A stretch of DNA of 64,000 nt from IMG/VR virus record IMGVR_UViG_3300027834_000005, positions 1 to 64,000 of that record. The stretch is one strand, 5' to 3'. The position numbers and the translations under genes are program-made. This document shows positions 56,414 through 64,000 of the stretch, piece by piece. Under the pieces are notes generated by a model, which saw only the letters and a list, made by a program, of their open reading frames with translations, did no database searches and was not told the DNA's origin. Each line of letters opens with the position of its first letter. The stretch's first letter is position 1.

Positions 56414-56847
56414 ATTATAATCGCATACTCGTAGAAAATCTCTCATTGGGTGATAAGTTACTCTGTGTAAGAGATGACATAATAGAAAGTAGTACTTCCG
56501 GTGACTCTGCATGGACAGGTAAAGTCGTTACTGTCACCAGAATACATAACGTTAGATGGGGTGCCGGTGCCGGTGATTCAGATGTGGTACGCGATGTGCG
56601 GTTGACTTCAGACATTCTATATGACGATGTTGTCGTGGATGAGTTTCAAATGAACGGCGAGAAAAGATTCTATCGTGTACCTAATCAAGCTTACGGAGAC
56701 AAAATGGTATTCATAAACTATGAAGATATATCTGATATTGATAAATTTGACATAGCTTTATCTGGTAGTGATAGTGATGTGATCGGGCAGGCATATGAAT
56801 CTTGGTTAGAAGGTAACCCATACGCTAAAGACAGGACAAGTGACTAA
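56410..56847 (+). CDS. EDxF-tag protein, array C
   Basis: LGDKLLCV; tag ISDIDKFDIALSG. Confidence 0.8.
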   Translation: MNYNRILVENLSLGDKLLCVRDDIIESSTSGDSAWTGKVVTVTRIHNVRWGAGAGDSDVVRDVRLTSDILYDDVVVDEFQMNGEKRFYRVPNQAYGDKMVFINYEDISDIDKFDIALSGSDSDVIGQAYESWLEGNPYAKDRTSD

Positions 56848-57161
56848 TGATAGACGTAACAACCCCAGAAGATTTCATGGTAGATGGCAATCTATTCCGT
56901 TGTGTATACGCGGACGGCGCAGGCGAATGTTTACGTGACACTACGTTCATTGTTGAACGTCATGGATGTGAAGATTTTGAAGTGGATCTTAGAGGCTACC
57001 ATGATCGCGGAAGTCTAACAATGACTCACGAACAATCACTTGGCGGACAAGGCTATCAATATGCAGATGAGCCATGTAAGATCTATTTCGTAAAAAATGA
57101 TGTTATATTGTCTGAAGAAGACAAGTTTGAACTATCTCTTAAGCATGGGTGGACATGGTGA
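56847..57161 (+). CDS. EDxF-tag protein, array C
   Basis: Tag LSEEDKFELSLKHG. Confidence 0.8.
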   Translation: MIDVTTPEDFMVDGNLFRCVYADGAGECLRDTTFIVERHGCEDFEVDLRGYHDRGSLTMTHEQSLGGQGYQYADEPCKIYFVKNDVILSEEDKFELSLKHGWTW

Positions 57162-57478
57162 AATATTGCGAGAATTTAGATGACTTACGAGGAAGAAGAG
57201 TCGTGTGTACCTTATGCGAAGGTGCCAGAGGTGATGTTGGGTTATTAGGTAATCTTTTCTATGTTACTGCGAGTTGGTCTGGTGGAGAACGGGAACCTTT
57301 CCTCACCTTTAGATGCGTTAACAGCAGTAACATACTCACTATGTCTTTGCCTACCGCTACTGGAAATCTTCTCTATCACTATCACACGGAATCATTGACA
57401 ATGAGGTTCACTAAGCTCTGCGACATGACGGATGAAGATAATTTCGAAATTAAGTTGAAGGGTGGTAGAACATCATGA
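57149..57478 (+). CDS. EDxF-tag protein, array C
   Basis: Tag MTDEDNFEIKLKGG. Confidence 0.8.
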   Translation: MDMVKYCENLDDLRGRRVVCTLCEGARGDVGLLGNLFYVTASWSGGEREPFLTFRCVNSSNILTMSLPTATGNLLYHYHTESLTMRFTKLCDMTDEDNFEIKLKGGRTS

Positions 57479-57897
57479 CTATATCTCGCGTAGACGATAG
57501 AACAATGGTTAAGTTTGTAGACGAAAACGGTTTGCTACAGGGCTACGTATATCACTTCTCTAACGGTCACTGCACAGACAGACTACATTACATTGATAAT
57601 GTATGCGTGGGTTTACAACTTAAATGGTACACAGGCACTGATACCTTGTACATGGCATACATATATGCTAGAGGATGCATGACTGGCGAAGCTATCATGT
57701 TTAATAGAGACGGTTCCATACATTCCCATAATGTTTGGGATGATGATGATAACACCATATGCAATTTAGACGGTTTTCCATCCAAAGAAGATAAATTCGA
57801 ACTCACATTAAAACATGGTAACATAGATTGGTTACCAGAAAACACGCTAGATATTAAGCCGCCAAAAAACAGGACTGATATACATGGACCTCTTTGA
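57475..57897 (+). CDS. EDxF-tag protein, MORN/YwqK-like type
   Basis: GLLQG..MTGE..RDGS; tag PSKEDKFELTLKHG. Confidence 0.8.
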   Translation: MTISRVDDRTMVKFVDENGLLQGYVYHFSNGHCTDRLHYIDNVCVGLQLKWYTGTDTLYMAYIYARGCMTGEAIMFNRDGSIHSHNVWDDDDNTICNLDGFPSKEDKFELTLKHGNIDWLPENTLDIKPPKNRTDIHGPL

Positions 57898-58204
57898 TTC
57901 AAAAAACATACCGGAAGATCGTAGATACGTCATAGTTCAAGACGATTTATGTGACTTCATAGGTGATGTGTGGACTTTACATAAGGTTATTACTAGTGGT
58001 GATCGAGAATATTTCAGTTTCATCAGAGATACCCCAAATAAAGAAAAAACTAGGGAATTCGTAGAAGAGCATTTACGCGGTGAGACTTCTATAGGATTAG
58101 ACACGGACACTAGATTACAATTGGTGGCCGAGTCAAGTATATCCGATGAGGATAAGTTTTACATTGCTTTCAAAGGTTACAGCAAAATAGACGTTGACTC
58201 GTAA
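57884..58204 (+). CDS. EDxF-tag protein, array C
   Basis: Tag ISDEDKFYIAFKG. Confidence 0.8.
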   Translation: MDLFDSKNIPEDRRYVIVQDDLCDFIGDVWTLHKVITSGDREYFSFIRDTPNKEKTREFVEEHLRGETSIGLDTDTRLQLVAESSISDEDKFYIAFKGYSKIDVDS

Positions 58205-58222
58205 CCCCACATAGAGTATAAT
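58194..58222 (+). promoter_or_regulatory. sigma70-type promoter
   Basis: TTGACT-N17-TATAAT. Confidence 0.65.
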
Positions 58223-58225
58223 ACC

Positions 58226-58552
58226 ATGGTAAGAGAAGAATTGCTAGCCTATAAACGTGGCGATATTTTAGTAACTGTGCATGACACAGCTAAACGACGC
58301 TATGGAAGTCTTTACACCATTGAATATTGTTTCGAAGATGTGTTAACTGGTGAGTACATCTATTCATTAAGAAGTGAATCTGGTCACGTACTCAAACTTA
58401 AACATTCGTACATCAATGGCACTAAGGAACTAACAAGTTTTTCAAGTGCCAGAGGCATTCAGTTAGTGATTAAGAACGAACTTACTGAAGAAGAACAGTT
58501 CCTTGGTGAGCTTTGCGGATGGAATAGGGAGGCTATGGGCTTATGCGAGTAA
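58226..58552 (+). CDS. EDxF-tag protein, array C
   Basis: Tag LTEEEQFLGELCG. Confidence 0.8.
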   Translation: MVREELLAYKRGDILVTVHDTAKRRYGSLYTIEYCFEDVLTGEYIYSLRSESGHVLKLKHSYINGTKELTSFSSARGIQLVIKNELTEEEQFLGELCGWNREAMGLCE

Positions 58553-58884
58553 TGAATAAAGATGACCTTATCGTAGATAATAAATTCGTAGTTACCTTTC
58601 ACAAAAGAGGTAAGGCAGACGGCGAAGTGTGGATTTATAAACGTGCGCATTCACCTTGTAAAACTGACGAAGAAATCAAATATGTATTTAAACGATTCAC
58701 AGCCAATGGCGTCATCTTAGAAACTCATCGAATGACATTCAGAAGCTTTACTGGTGGCGATGAAATAGCTGTCAGAGATTTAGAGATAAGTCCCATAGAC
58801 ACCATTACCGATGAAGACATTTTCTTCATGAAGATGCAAGGTGTGAATACAAGCAGAGTGGAGCAATTCCGTGGAAAAGAATGA
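58543..58884 (+). CDS. EDxF-tag protein, array C
   Basis: Tag ITDEDIFFMKMQG. Confidence 0.8.
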   Translation: MRVMNKDDLIVDNKFVVTFHKRGKADGEVWIYKRAHSPCKTDEEIKYVFKRFTANGVILETHRMTFRSFTGGDEIAVRDLEISPIDTITDEDIFFMKMQGVNTSRVEQFRGKE

Positions 58885-59299
58885 TTTTAATTTAGACTAC
58901 GGGAACCTTTGTACTGTAGAAGGATTGCTTAAGGGTCATCAATATTTGATAATTAAAGATAGGAAAGACCTACATTCATCTATAGGTGAGTGTAGCGAGG
59001 GTCGTATTGTCGAATATAGTAGTGTTATAGACAGCCACGCAGGAGAGTATGAGTTTTCTATTGTAGGTGGTAATGATCATACCTACTCTACTGTACCGGA
59101 GATGAACGGACGTAAGCCGTGGTATATTGGAAGTGCCCGAAACTCTAGAAACTACGTGGTATATGTCCCTTTGCACTTAATACCTAAAGACGTATTGTTC
59201 CACTGTGCGTTATCCGGTGACTACACTGAACTATGTGAACAACTTTATTACGAATGGAGTATGTGGTGGGAAAAAGAAATAAAGCCAAAACGCGATTAA
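58871..59299 (+). CDS. EDxF-tag protein (divergent), array C
   Basis: Tag IPKDVLFHCALSG. Confidence 0.7.
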   Translation: MEKNDFNLDYGNLCTVEGLLKGHQYLIIKDRKDLHSSIGECSEGRIVEYSSVIDSHAGEYEFSIVGGNDHTYSTVPEMNGRKPWYIGSARNSRNYVVYVPLHLIPKDVLFHCALSGDYTELCEQLYYEWSMWWEKEIKPKRD

Positions 59300-59712
59300 C
59301 CAAGCATCGAAGAGGCGGATTAGAATGGACAGAAGATGACCTTGGTCGTAAACAAGGTGAGCTACTAAGATTCCATAACAGCATAACCATACTTAGAGAG
59401 CACTACGTAGATAACTTATTACATGGTATGACTACTAGGTGTGATTACTTTGGTAATCGAACGGCAACGACCACTTATGTCAATGGTGAGTTACATGGGA
59501 GAAAAACCATGTACATGAGAGACGGAAGAGTTAAGGCTGTGCGTCATTTTTATTTCGGTAAGCTACACGGTGAACTTGTAACATACATCGGCACGAATAT
59601 GGAACACGCTGTATATGATAATGGATTTAAAATACACGGTCTTCACATGCCTTTATCTGAAGAAGATAAGTTTGAATTGGCACTTAAGTATGAAGGATTA
59701 CAATGGGCATAA
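59254..59712 (+). CDS. EDxF-tag protein, MORN/YwqK-like type (start uncertain)
   Basis: Repeated LHG motifs; tag LSEEDKFELALKYEG. Confidence 0.8.
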   Translation: MEYVVGKRNKAKTRLTKHRRGGLEWTEDDLGRKQGELLRFHNSITILREHYVDNLLHGMTTRCDYFGNRTATTTYVNGELHGRKTMYMRDGRVKAVRHFYFGKLHGELVTYIGTNMEHAVYDNGFKIHGLHMPLSEEDKFELALKYEGLQWA

Positions 59713-59999
59713 GACCAGAGCTACTACAATATAGAGACGGAGATGAGCTACTTTGTGTGCGTAGTAATGACAAAGATTTTGATGTCAGTGACACCTACGT
59801 GGTGTCGGGAGGATACCTCAATGATTCACTCGATAGAGTATTTACTATCGTCACGGACTACACTACGTGGCGAATAGTAGAAAACTACTTGAACGGCACT
59901 AATATCATGAAGGATGATACTAGTGTGTTGATGGTGAGAAAGGATTTACTCACTGAAGAAGATAAATTTCATGGAGAACTTTCAGGATGGAAAGTATAA
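59703..59999 (+). CDS. EDxF-tag protein, array C
   Basis: DGDELLCV; tag LTEEDKFHGELSG. Confidence 0.8.
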   Translation: MGIRPELLQYRDGDELLCVRSNDKDFDVSDTYVVSGGYLNDSLDRVFTIVTDYTTWRIVENYLNGTNIMKDDTSVLMVRKDLLTEEDKFHGELSGWKV

Positions 60000-60418
60000 A
60001 TTTCGAAGAACTAAGATCACATAACCTATCAGAATCTAAAGTTGGTGATAAATTCCTATGTGTGTTCCACAAGGGTAAATGGTACAGTCACGACCAATTA
60101 GAAAGTAACGTAGTAACTTTCAAAGAGGTGAAGCTTTACGAGTACATGAAGAAAGGCAAAAAAGTAAGTGTGGTTGAGAGAATGACGTTAGAAATTAATG
60201 GCAGAGACCATCATATGTATAGCGACACTCAGTTAGTAGTGACTGCCGGTGATAAGAGAAGAGGCGACTATGCACGTAACGATTACGTCACAGCGTTCAT
60301 TCCACTGGAACAGCTTACCCAAGAAGCACTATTTGAATCAACTCTATGCGGTGACTATAAAGAGATGTCTAAGCAGTTGAGATCGGAGTTTATAAAATGG
60401 AAAAAGACAGCAAATTAG
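59987..60418 (+). CDS. EDxF-tag protein, array C
   Basis: VGDKFLCV; tag LTQEALFESTLCG. Confidence 0.75.
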   Translation: MESINFEELRSHNLSESKVGDKFLCVFHKGKWYSHDQLESNVVTFKEVKLYEYMKKGKKVSVVERMTLEINGRDHHMYSDTQLVVTAGDKRRGDYARNDYVTAFIPLEQLTQEALFESTLCGDYKEMSKQLRSEFIKWKKTAN

Positions 60419-60798
60419 ATTACTATAAGAATCTTCCTTACGGGCGTTTAGTGACTGATGATGATTTATACATCGGAAACAAATTCCTAGTGTACCGAGA
60501 CAATGAACATGACACATGCCGTAGAGGACACGTTATCATACTTGATGGACTGATAGACTTCGACGGAGACTACACGTTCGAAATGTGTGAAACTCCTGAC
60601 GACATGTCCGTGATGTTCATAAGTAAGGATGAGGCAAACGGCAACGGTGACACGTACGGAGAAAATGTTCTGCTTGTTCCAATGGACCTAATACTTGAAG
60701 AAGATAAGTTCATTGGTGTATTATCCGGTGACTGGGAATATATATGTGACGTGATGGACAAGGCAAAAGAAAACCATAAGAAGAAATTAAAAGGGTAG
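60397..60798 (+). CDS. EDxF-tag protein, array C
   Basis: Tag ILEEDKFIGVLSG. Confidence 0.8.
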   Translation: MEKDSKLDYYKNLPYGRLVTDDDLYIGNKFLVYRDNEHDTCRRGHVIILDGLIDFDGDYTFEMCETPDDMSVMFISKDEANGNGDTYGENVLLVPMDLILEEDKFIGVLSGDWEYICDVMDKAKENHKKKLKG

Positions 60799-60801
60799 TA
60801 G

Positions 60802-61131
60802 ATGAATATTTTCAAGGATGTTGAAGACATACGCAATTTAAGAAAAACTAGGTTCTCCACCCTTGAGTCGGGCGATGAAGTGTTATGTGTGAATGGACTA
60901 GACATAGGTAGCATCCTCACGATTGAGAAGCACACCCACAATACATTCATCAGAATGCCTAATAACAAATTGATTGCCGTCAACTACGCTACCCTATGCA
61001 CTGATTACTTCGCTCATATACCAACAAAGTACTTATGCGGCGAAGAAACGTTCTACGCTACCTTATCAAACGACTGGTCAGGCTCTGCTAATAGAATATT
61101 TAATGAATATATGAAGGTGGTTTTAACATGA
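60802..61131 (+). CDS. EDxF-tag protein, array C
   Basis: SGDEVLCV; tag LCGEETFYATLSN. Confidence 0.75.
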   Translation: MNIFKDVEDIRNLRKTRFSTLESGDEVLCVNGLDIGSILTIEKHTHNTFIRMPNNKLIAVNYATLCTDYFAHIPTKYLCGEETFYATLSNDWSGSANRIFNEYMKVVLT

Positions 61132-61436
61132 TAGTGTACCCTACTAAAGATAACATAGAACTAAAAACGCGACTAGTTTGTGTAAAAGATTCAGGTAATG
61201 AATACATGAATAACAGAGCTTCCATATCTAGTATGCCAGATTTCGTATACGAAGAAGCGTATGGTATCATATTCGATGATGCTTGGGCCGAAGGTAAGGT
61301 TAGCTTAGAGTGTATGAGTGGAAAAGCTCTTCCTAATGGGAGAGAGATGCTTTTCGCCCTAGAAGAATTCTTAGACGACGAAGATCTATTTTACCTGTCA
61401 CTTGAAAATGGCGTGTCTTTGGGTAAACCCATATAG
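61128..61436 (+). CDS. EDxF-tag protein, array C
   Basis: Tag LDDEDLFYLSLEN. Confidence 0.8.
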   Translation: MIVYPTKDNIELKTRLVCVKDSGNEYMNNRASISSMPDFVYEEAYGIIFDDAWAEGKVSLECMSGKALPNGREMLFALEEFLDDEDLFYLSLENGVSLGKPI

Positions 61437-61440
61437 CCCA

Positions 61441-61469
61441 TTGACAATATCACTAAGAACGAGTATAGT
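61441..61469 (+). promoter_or_regulatory. sigma70-type promoter
   Basis: TTGACA-N17-TATAGT. Confidence 0.7.
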
Positions 61470-61492
61470 GTTCTCTTTTGGAGTCATAACAT

Positions 61493-61831
61493 ATGTACGT
61501 ACTTGAGAAAGACCTATACAAAGGCAATCGATTTTTGTGCATCCAAGACACTATGTATGATTTTAAAAATCTAATTATAGAGGTGAACGAAATCCATATT
61601 GAGTACGGTACAAGATCAATACTACTTGACCACCCTAAGTACCCAATGCCTATAGCCATTACATACGAAGGTATGAAAAGTAGACATTATTACAATACTT
61701 TAGTACTCGTGCCAATAGACAAGTTAGTACTACCAGAAAAAATGGAGTTCGAAGCTTTACTAACTAACGATTGGGAAGAAGTGACTTCCTACGTTATCTC
61801 CAACGTTCACACTTGCATAAAGGACTTTTAA
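61493..61831 (+). CDS. EDxF-tag protein (divergent), array C
   Basis: KGNRFLCI; tag LPEKMEFEALLTN. Confidence 0.7.
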   Translation: MYVLEKDLYKGNRFLCIQDTMYDFKNLIIEVNEIHIEYGTRSILLDHPKYPMPIAITYEGMKSRHYYNTLVLVPIDKLVLPEKMEFEALLTNDWEEVTSYVISNVHTCIKDF

Positions 61832-61834
61832 CAT

Positions 61835-62290
61835 ATGCTTACTCTCGTTGAAGAAGCCCTTTGTGAAATGTACATAGACGAAGACGGTAGACGTCAAGGT
61901 GCGACTACGCATTTCTATGACTTCGGTGAAAAAAAAGCCATACACAAGATCATGGAATTTAAAGACGACGTTGTTAATGGCGCGTACATGTTGTTCAGGA
62001 TTGATGGCTCCATTAAATTCAACCATAGCTACGTTAATGGGTTCAAATGCGGGGAACAAACAACATGGAGAAGTAACGGCGTAATCTTCAGAAGTGAAAT
62101 GTGCTCTTCAATCTCTGTGTTGCATGGCGAAGCAGTTGAAAGAGATAGAAACGGGTACGTAAATAGCCACTGCATATATGCTAATGGCGTGGTAGTTGAA
62201 CGCCTTGACGATAGCGAACTCACCGACGAAGATAAGTTTGAGCTTAGGCTTAAGTACGGAGACATTGGTTTCCTAAAGCACTTCAAGTAG
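61835..62290 (+). CDS. EDxF-tag protein, MORN/YwqK-like type
   Basis: GRRQG..VNG..LHGE; tag LTDEDKFELRLKYG. Confidence 0.8.
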   Translation: MLTLVEEALCEMYIDEDGRRQGATTHFYDFGEKKAIHKIMEFKDDVVNGAYMLFRIDGSIKFNHSYVNGFKCGEQTTWRSNGVIFRSEMCSSISVLHGEAVERDRNGYVNSHCIYANGVVVERLDDSELTDEDKFELRLKYGDIGFLKHFK

Positions 62291-62298
62291 GAACGTAT

Positions 62299-62619
62299 AT
62301 GAGACAAGTTGATCGTGATGACATAGTTACAGGTACGAAGTTCTTATTGGTAGCTAAGCACACTAATGATATTGTCATTGGCGAGGTAATTTCAAAGTCT
62401 AGAAGTAATTTTTACTACAAGATTGGAAACGGTAGAGTTTACGTGTTGGGTTTCACCACTACGGAGGTTTTGCCTGTGCCCGATTTGAGGGTCATACCAT
62501 TAGACTATATGGATTGGTATGTGGAACAGGGCGAAATCAGAGACCAAGACGTTTTCCTCGCTAAGTTAAGTGGTGACTGGAACGACGTAGTAGATAAGAT
62601 AACAGGAAGAAATCTATGA
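62299..62619 (+). CDS. EDxF-tag protein, array C
   Basis: Tag IRDQDVFLAKLSG. Confidence 0.75.
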   Translation: MRQVDRDDIVTGTKFLLVAKHTNDIVIGEVISKSRSNFYYKIGNGRVYVLGFTTTEVLPVPDLRVIPLDYMDWYVEQGEIRDQDVFLAKLSGDWNDVVDKITGRNL

Positions 62620-63002
62620 CCATGCGTATTGTTACTTCTAGGGACCTAATCAATGAAGGAATGGAGCTTCTCCTTTTTTCATTCACTGATAAGGAGAAGC
62701 ACTCACACGGCATATTCGTAGAGAAGTCTGTATCTATGTGGACTGAAGGCCCAGAGTATATAATAGATATCACCAGAAAAGACGGTAACACTACAAAGTT
62801 TGGTGCTAAGAAACATGTATTAATGGGTGTCGTACCTTACTCAGAAAAAGATGGCATCAAGAAGTTCTTGGTTGCTATACCAGTTTCAAGTTTAGATGAG
62901 AACGACCTGTTTCTGTTAAAACTAAGTAATAATGCTGATCATATAAGAGCTAAGACAAAAAAGCTTATCAACTCATATTCAATTGAACACTGGGTAGACT
63001 AA
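62616..63002 (+). CDS. EDxF-tag protein, array C
   Basis: Tag LDENDLFLLKLSN. Confidence 0.8.
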   Translation: MTMRIVTSRDLINEGMELLLFSFTDKEKHSHGIFVEKSVSMWTEGPEYIIDITRKDGNTTKFGAKKHVLMGVVPYSEKDGIKKFLVAIPVSSLDENDLFLLKLSNNADHIRAKTKKLINSYSIEHWVD

Positions 63003-63433
63003 TGTCGGAATTAAAACGCATAGTAGAAAGAAGTGGCGGAATCATAGAAACGTTCCAAGTTGATGAAACTGGCTCGAAACAGGGAGTCAGTGTTAGGACG
63101 TTCGAGAACGGAAAGCCATGGCTTATATCTTATTACCAAAATGGGTTCTTACATGGCGAATTCATAGAGCTGCACGAAGATGGGTACATACGTGAGCACT
63201 CTATGTACTCTAATGGTAAACAGTGCGGCGAGATGGTATTAAAAAGAGATGACAGGGTAGTACGCCATGAAATATGGTATAGTGCAGAATTGGTCCATAC
63301 ATTCATGTATCTTGGATCTATTTTCTGTGAACCAACAGAAGAAACCAAGTTTGAAATGACACTTAAATACGGCACCAAGTGGTTACCCAAGAGGACATAT
63401 GAAGAGTTATCAGCTGAATTTGAACAGTCCTAA
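63002..63433 (+). CDS. EDxF-tag protein, MORN/YwqK-like type
   Basis: GSKQG..LHGE..CGE; tag PTEETKFEMTLKYG. Confidence 0.8.
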   Translation: MSELKRIVERSGGIIETFQVDETGSKQGVSVRTFENGKPWLISYYQNGFLHGEFIELHEDGYIREHSMYSNGKQCGEMVLKRDDRVVRHEIWYSAELVHTFMYLGSIFCEPTEETKFEMTLKYGTKWLPKRTYEELSAEFEQS

Positions 63434-63722
63434 TTATAGAACTATAAATAAAAAAACATTAGTTCAAGATCTACCTCATAACACAATGCTTATCGGCATA
63501 GATAAGCATAATAGTGGGGATGCGATACACATACAGATTGGCGAAGATGGACGTCATATGTGTAACGGTTCGGTATGCTCTAACCTGCATCTTGATAATG
63601 ATAGATACGCATATGTACCTGAATCTAGCCTAAGTGAAGAAGCCGTGTTCGAAGCTAAGTTGCGTGGTGATTGGAGTGAAGTGGCAATTGAAGCTGCTTC
63701 ACTATACTACCGTGTCTATTAA
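63399..63722 (+). CDS. EDxF-tag protein, array C
   Basis: Tag LSEEAVFEAKLRG; AGGA RBS. Confidence 0.7.
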   Translation: MKSYQLNLNSPNYRTINKKTLVQDLPHNTMLIGIDKHNSGDAIHIQIGEDGRHMCNGSVCSNLHLDNDRYAYVPESSLSEEAVFEAKLRGDWSEVAIEAASLYYRVY

Positions 63723-63729
63723 TCCGTAT

Positions 63730-64000
63730 ATGAATCTTCCATTCGACCATCTCATATTCACTACGGATATGGAAGTGGGGAAGGAAATATTAGTGTACCG
63801 TCATGATGATCACGCTGGTGACAGGTATTCTTTTAAGGCTAATATATTCAGAGTACATGATGAATGTGATAGTGATGGTGATTATGATATGCAGCGCATG
63901 ATTGCCTCCCCAGATAACGTGATGGATCAGAAATTCAGCTTTGTTAGACTAGATGAATATAATGGCAACAAACTATGGATGGATTGCATTACGTTATTAG
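63730..64000 (+). CDS. Partial ORF running off the window; probably a further array C member
   Basis: MNLPFDHLIFTTDMEVGKEILVY head resembles the family; tag would lie beyond the window. Confidence 0.55.
   Translation, partial: MNLPFDHLIFTTDMEVGKEILVYRHDDHAGDRYSFKANIFRVHDECDSDGDYDMQRMIASPDNVMDQKFSFVRLDEYNGNKLWMDCITLL

Noticed and set aside
3099-63390. Short ORFs from the track that overlap longer genes on the opposite strand or in another frame (e.g. 4367-4714, 5240-5686, 34638-35117, 53224-53646, 60570-60983)
   Set aside because: They are shadows of well-supported genes, with no RBS, promoter or motif support.
16031-63722. CRISPR array or DNA repeat array from recurring GAAGAAGA(T/C)AA(G/A)TTC-like strings
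   Set aside because: The repeats are degenerate, always in frame within ORFs and reflect the protein tag; there is no fixed-length repeat-spacer structure.
30064-63722. Integron-like cassette array
   Set aside because: Genes overlap or abut with no room for attC-like palindromes, and no integrase is visible.
1-64000. Diversity-generating retroelement behind the paralog diversity
   Set aside because: No reverse transcriptase and no template/variable repeat pair with adenine-specific differences seen in this window; one could still lie outside it.
1-64000. Stop-codon reassignment
   Set aside because: Conserved enzymes are intact in code 11, and TAA, TAG and TGA all end genes next to coupled starts.
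1-64000. tRNA or rRNA genes
   Set aside because: No cloverleaf or T-loop (GTTCGAATC-type) signature found by eye in the few intergenic gaps.
1-64000. Phage-nucleus (chimallin/PhuZ) or multi-subunit phage RNAP system
   Set aside because: No such genes are recognisable here; the promoters point to host RNAP with T4-like late control.

Overview
64 kb, almost entirely + strand, of a large T4-related (jumbo-type) dsDNA phage. It uses genetic code 11; I found no tRNA, rRNA or CRISPR. Recognisable genes: C-terminal part of a family B DNA polymerase, sliding-clamp-like protein, RNase H-like 5'-3' nuclease, Lar-like Zn-finger protein, class 3 lipase, sigma-70-family factor, MoxR-like AAA+ ATPase and HEXXH/VWA protein (separated by a reverse-strand homing-endonuclease-like gene), HNH protein, a soluble Clp-like AAA+/M41 protease fusion, thioredoxin, RtcB, a DarG-like macrodomain, NAD-dependent DNA ligase, an HD-like protein and an SPFH protein. 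The dominant unexplained feature: about 80 small ORFs (my manual count), mostly in three tandem arrays (16.0-18.6 kb, 30.1-38.2 kb, 48.6 kb to the window end). They have highly divergent N-terminal domains of at least two unrelated types but share a ~13-residue C-terminal helix-like tag, [LMI]-[ST]-[DE]-E-[DE]-x-F-x-hydrophobic-x-L-[SG]-G (called the 'EDxF tag' here). The window also has many near-consensus sigma70 promoters and a T4-like late-promoter motif (GATAAATA/TATAAATA/CTAAATA). Family assignments come from motifs read by eye, not from database searches; functional ideas for the tag are inference.
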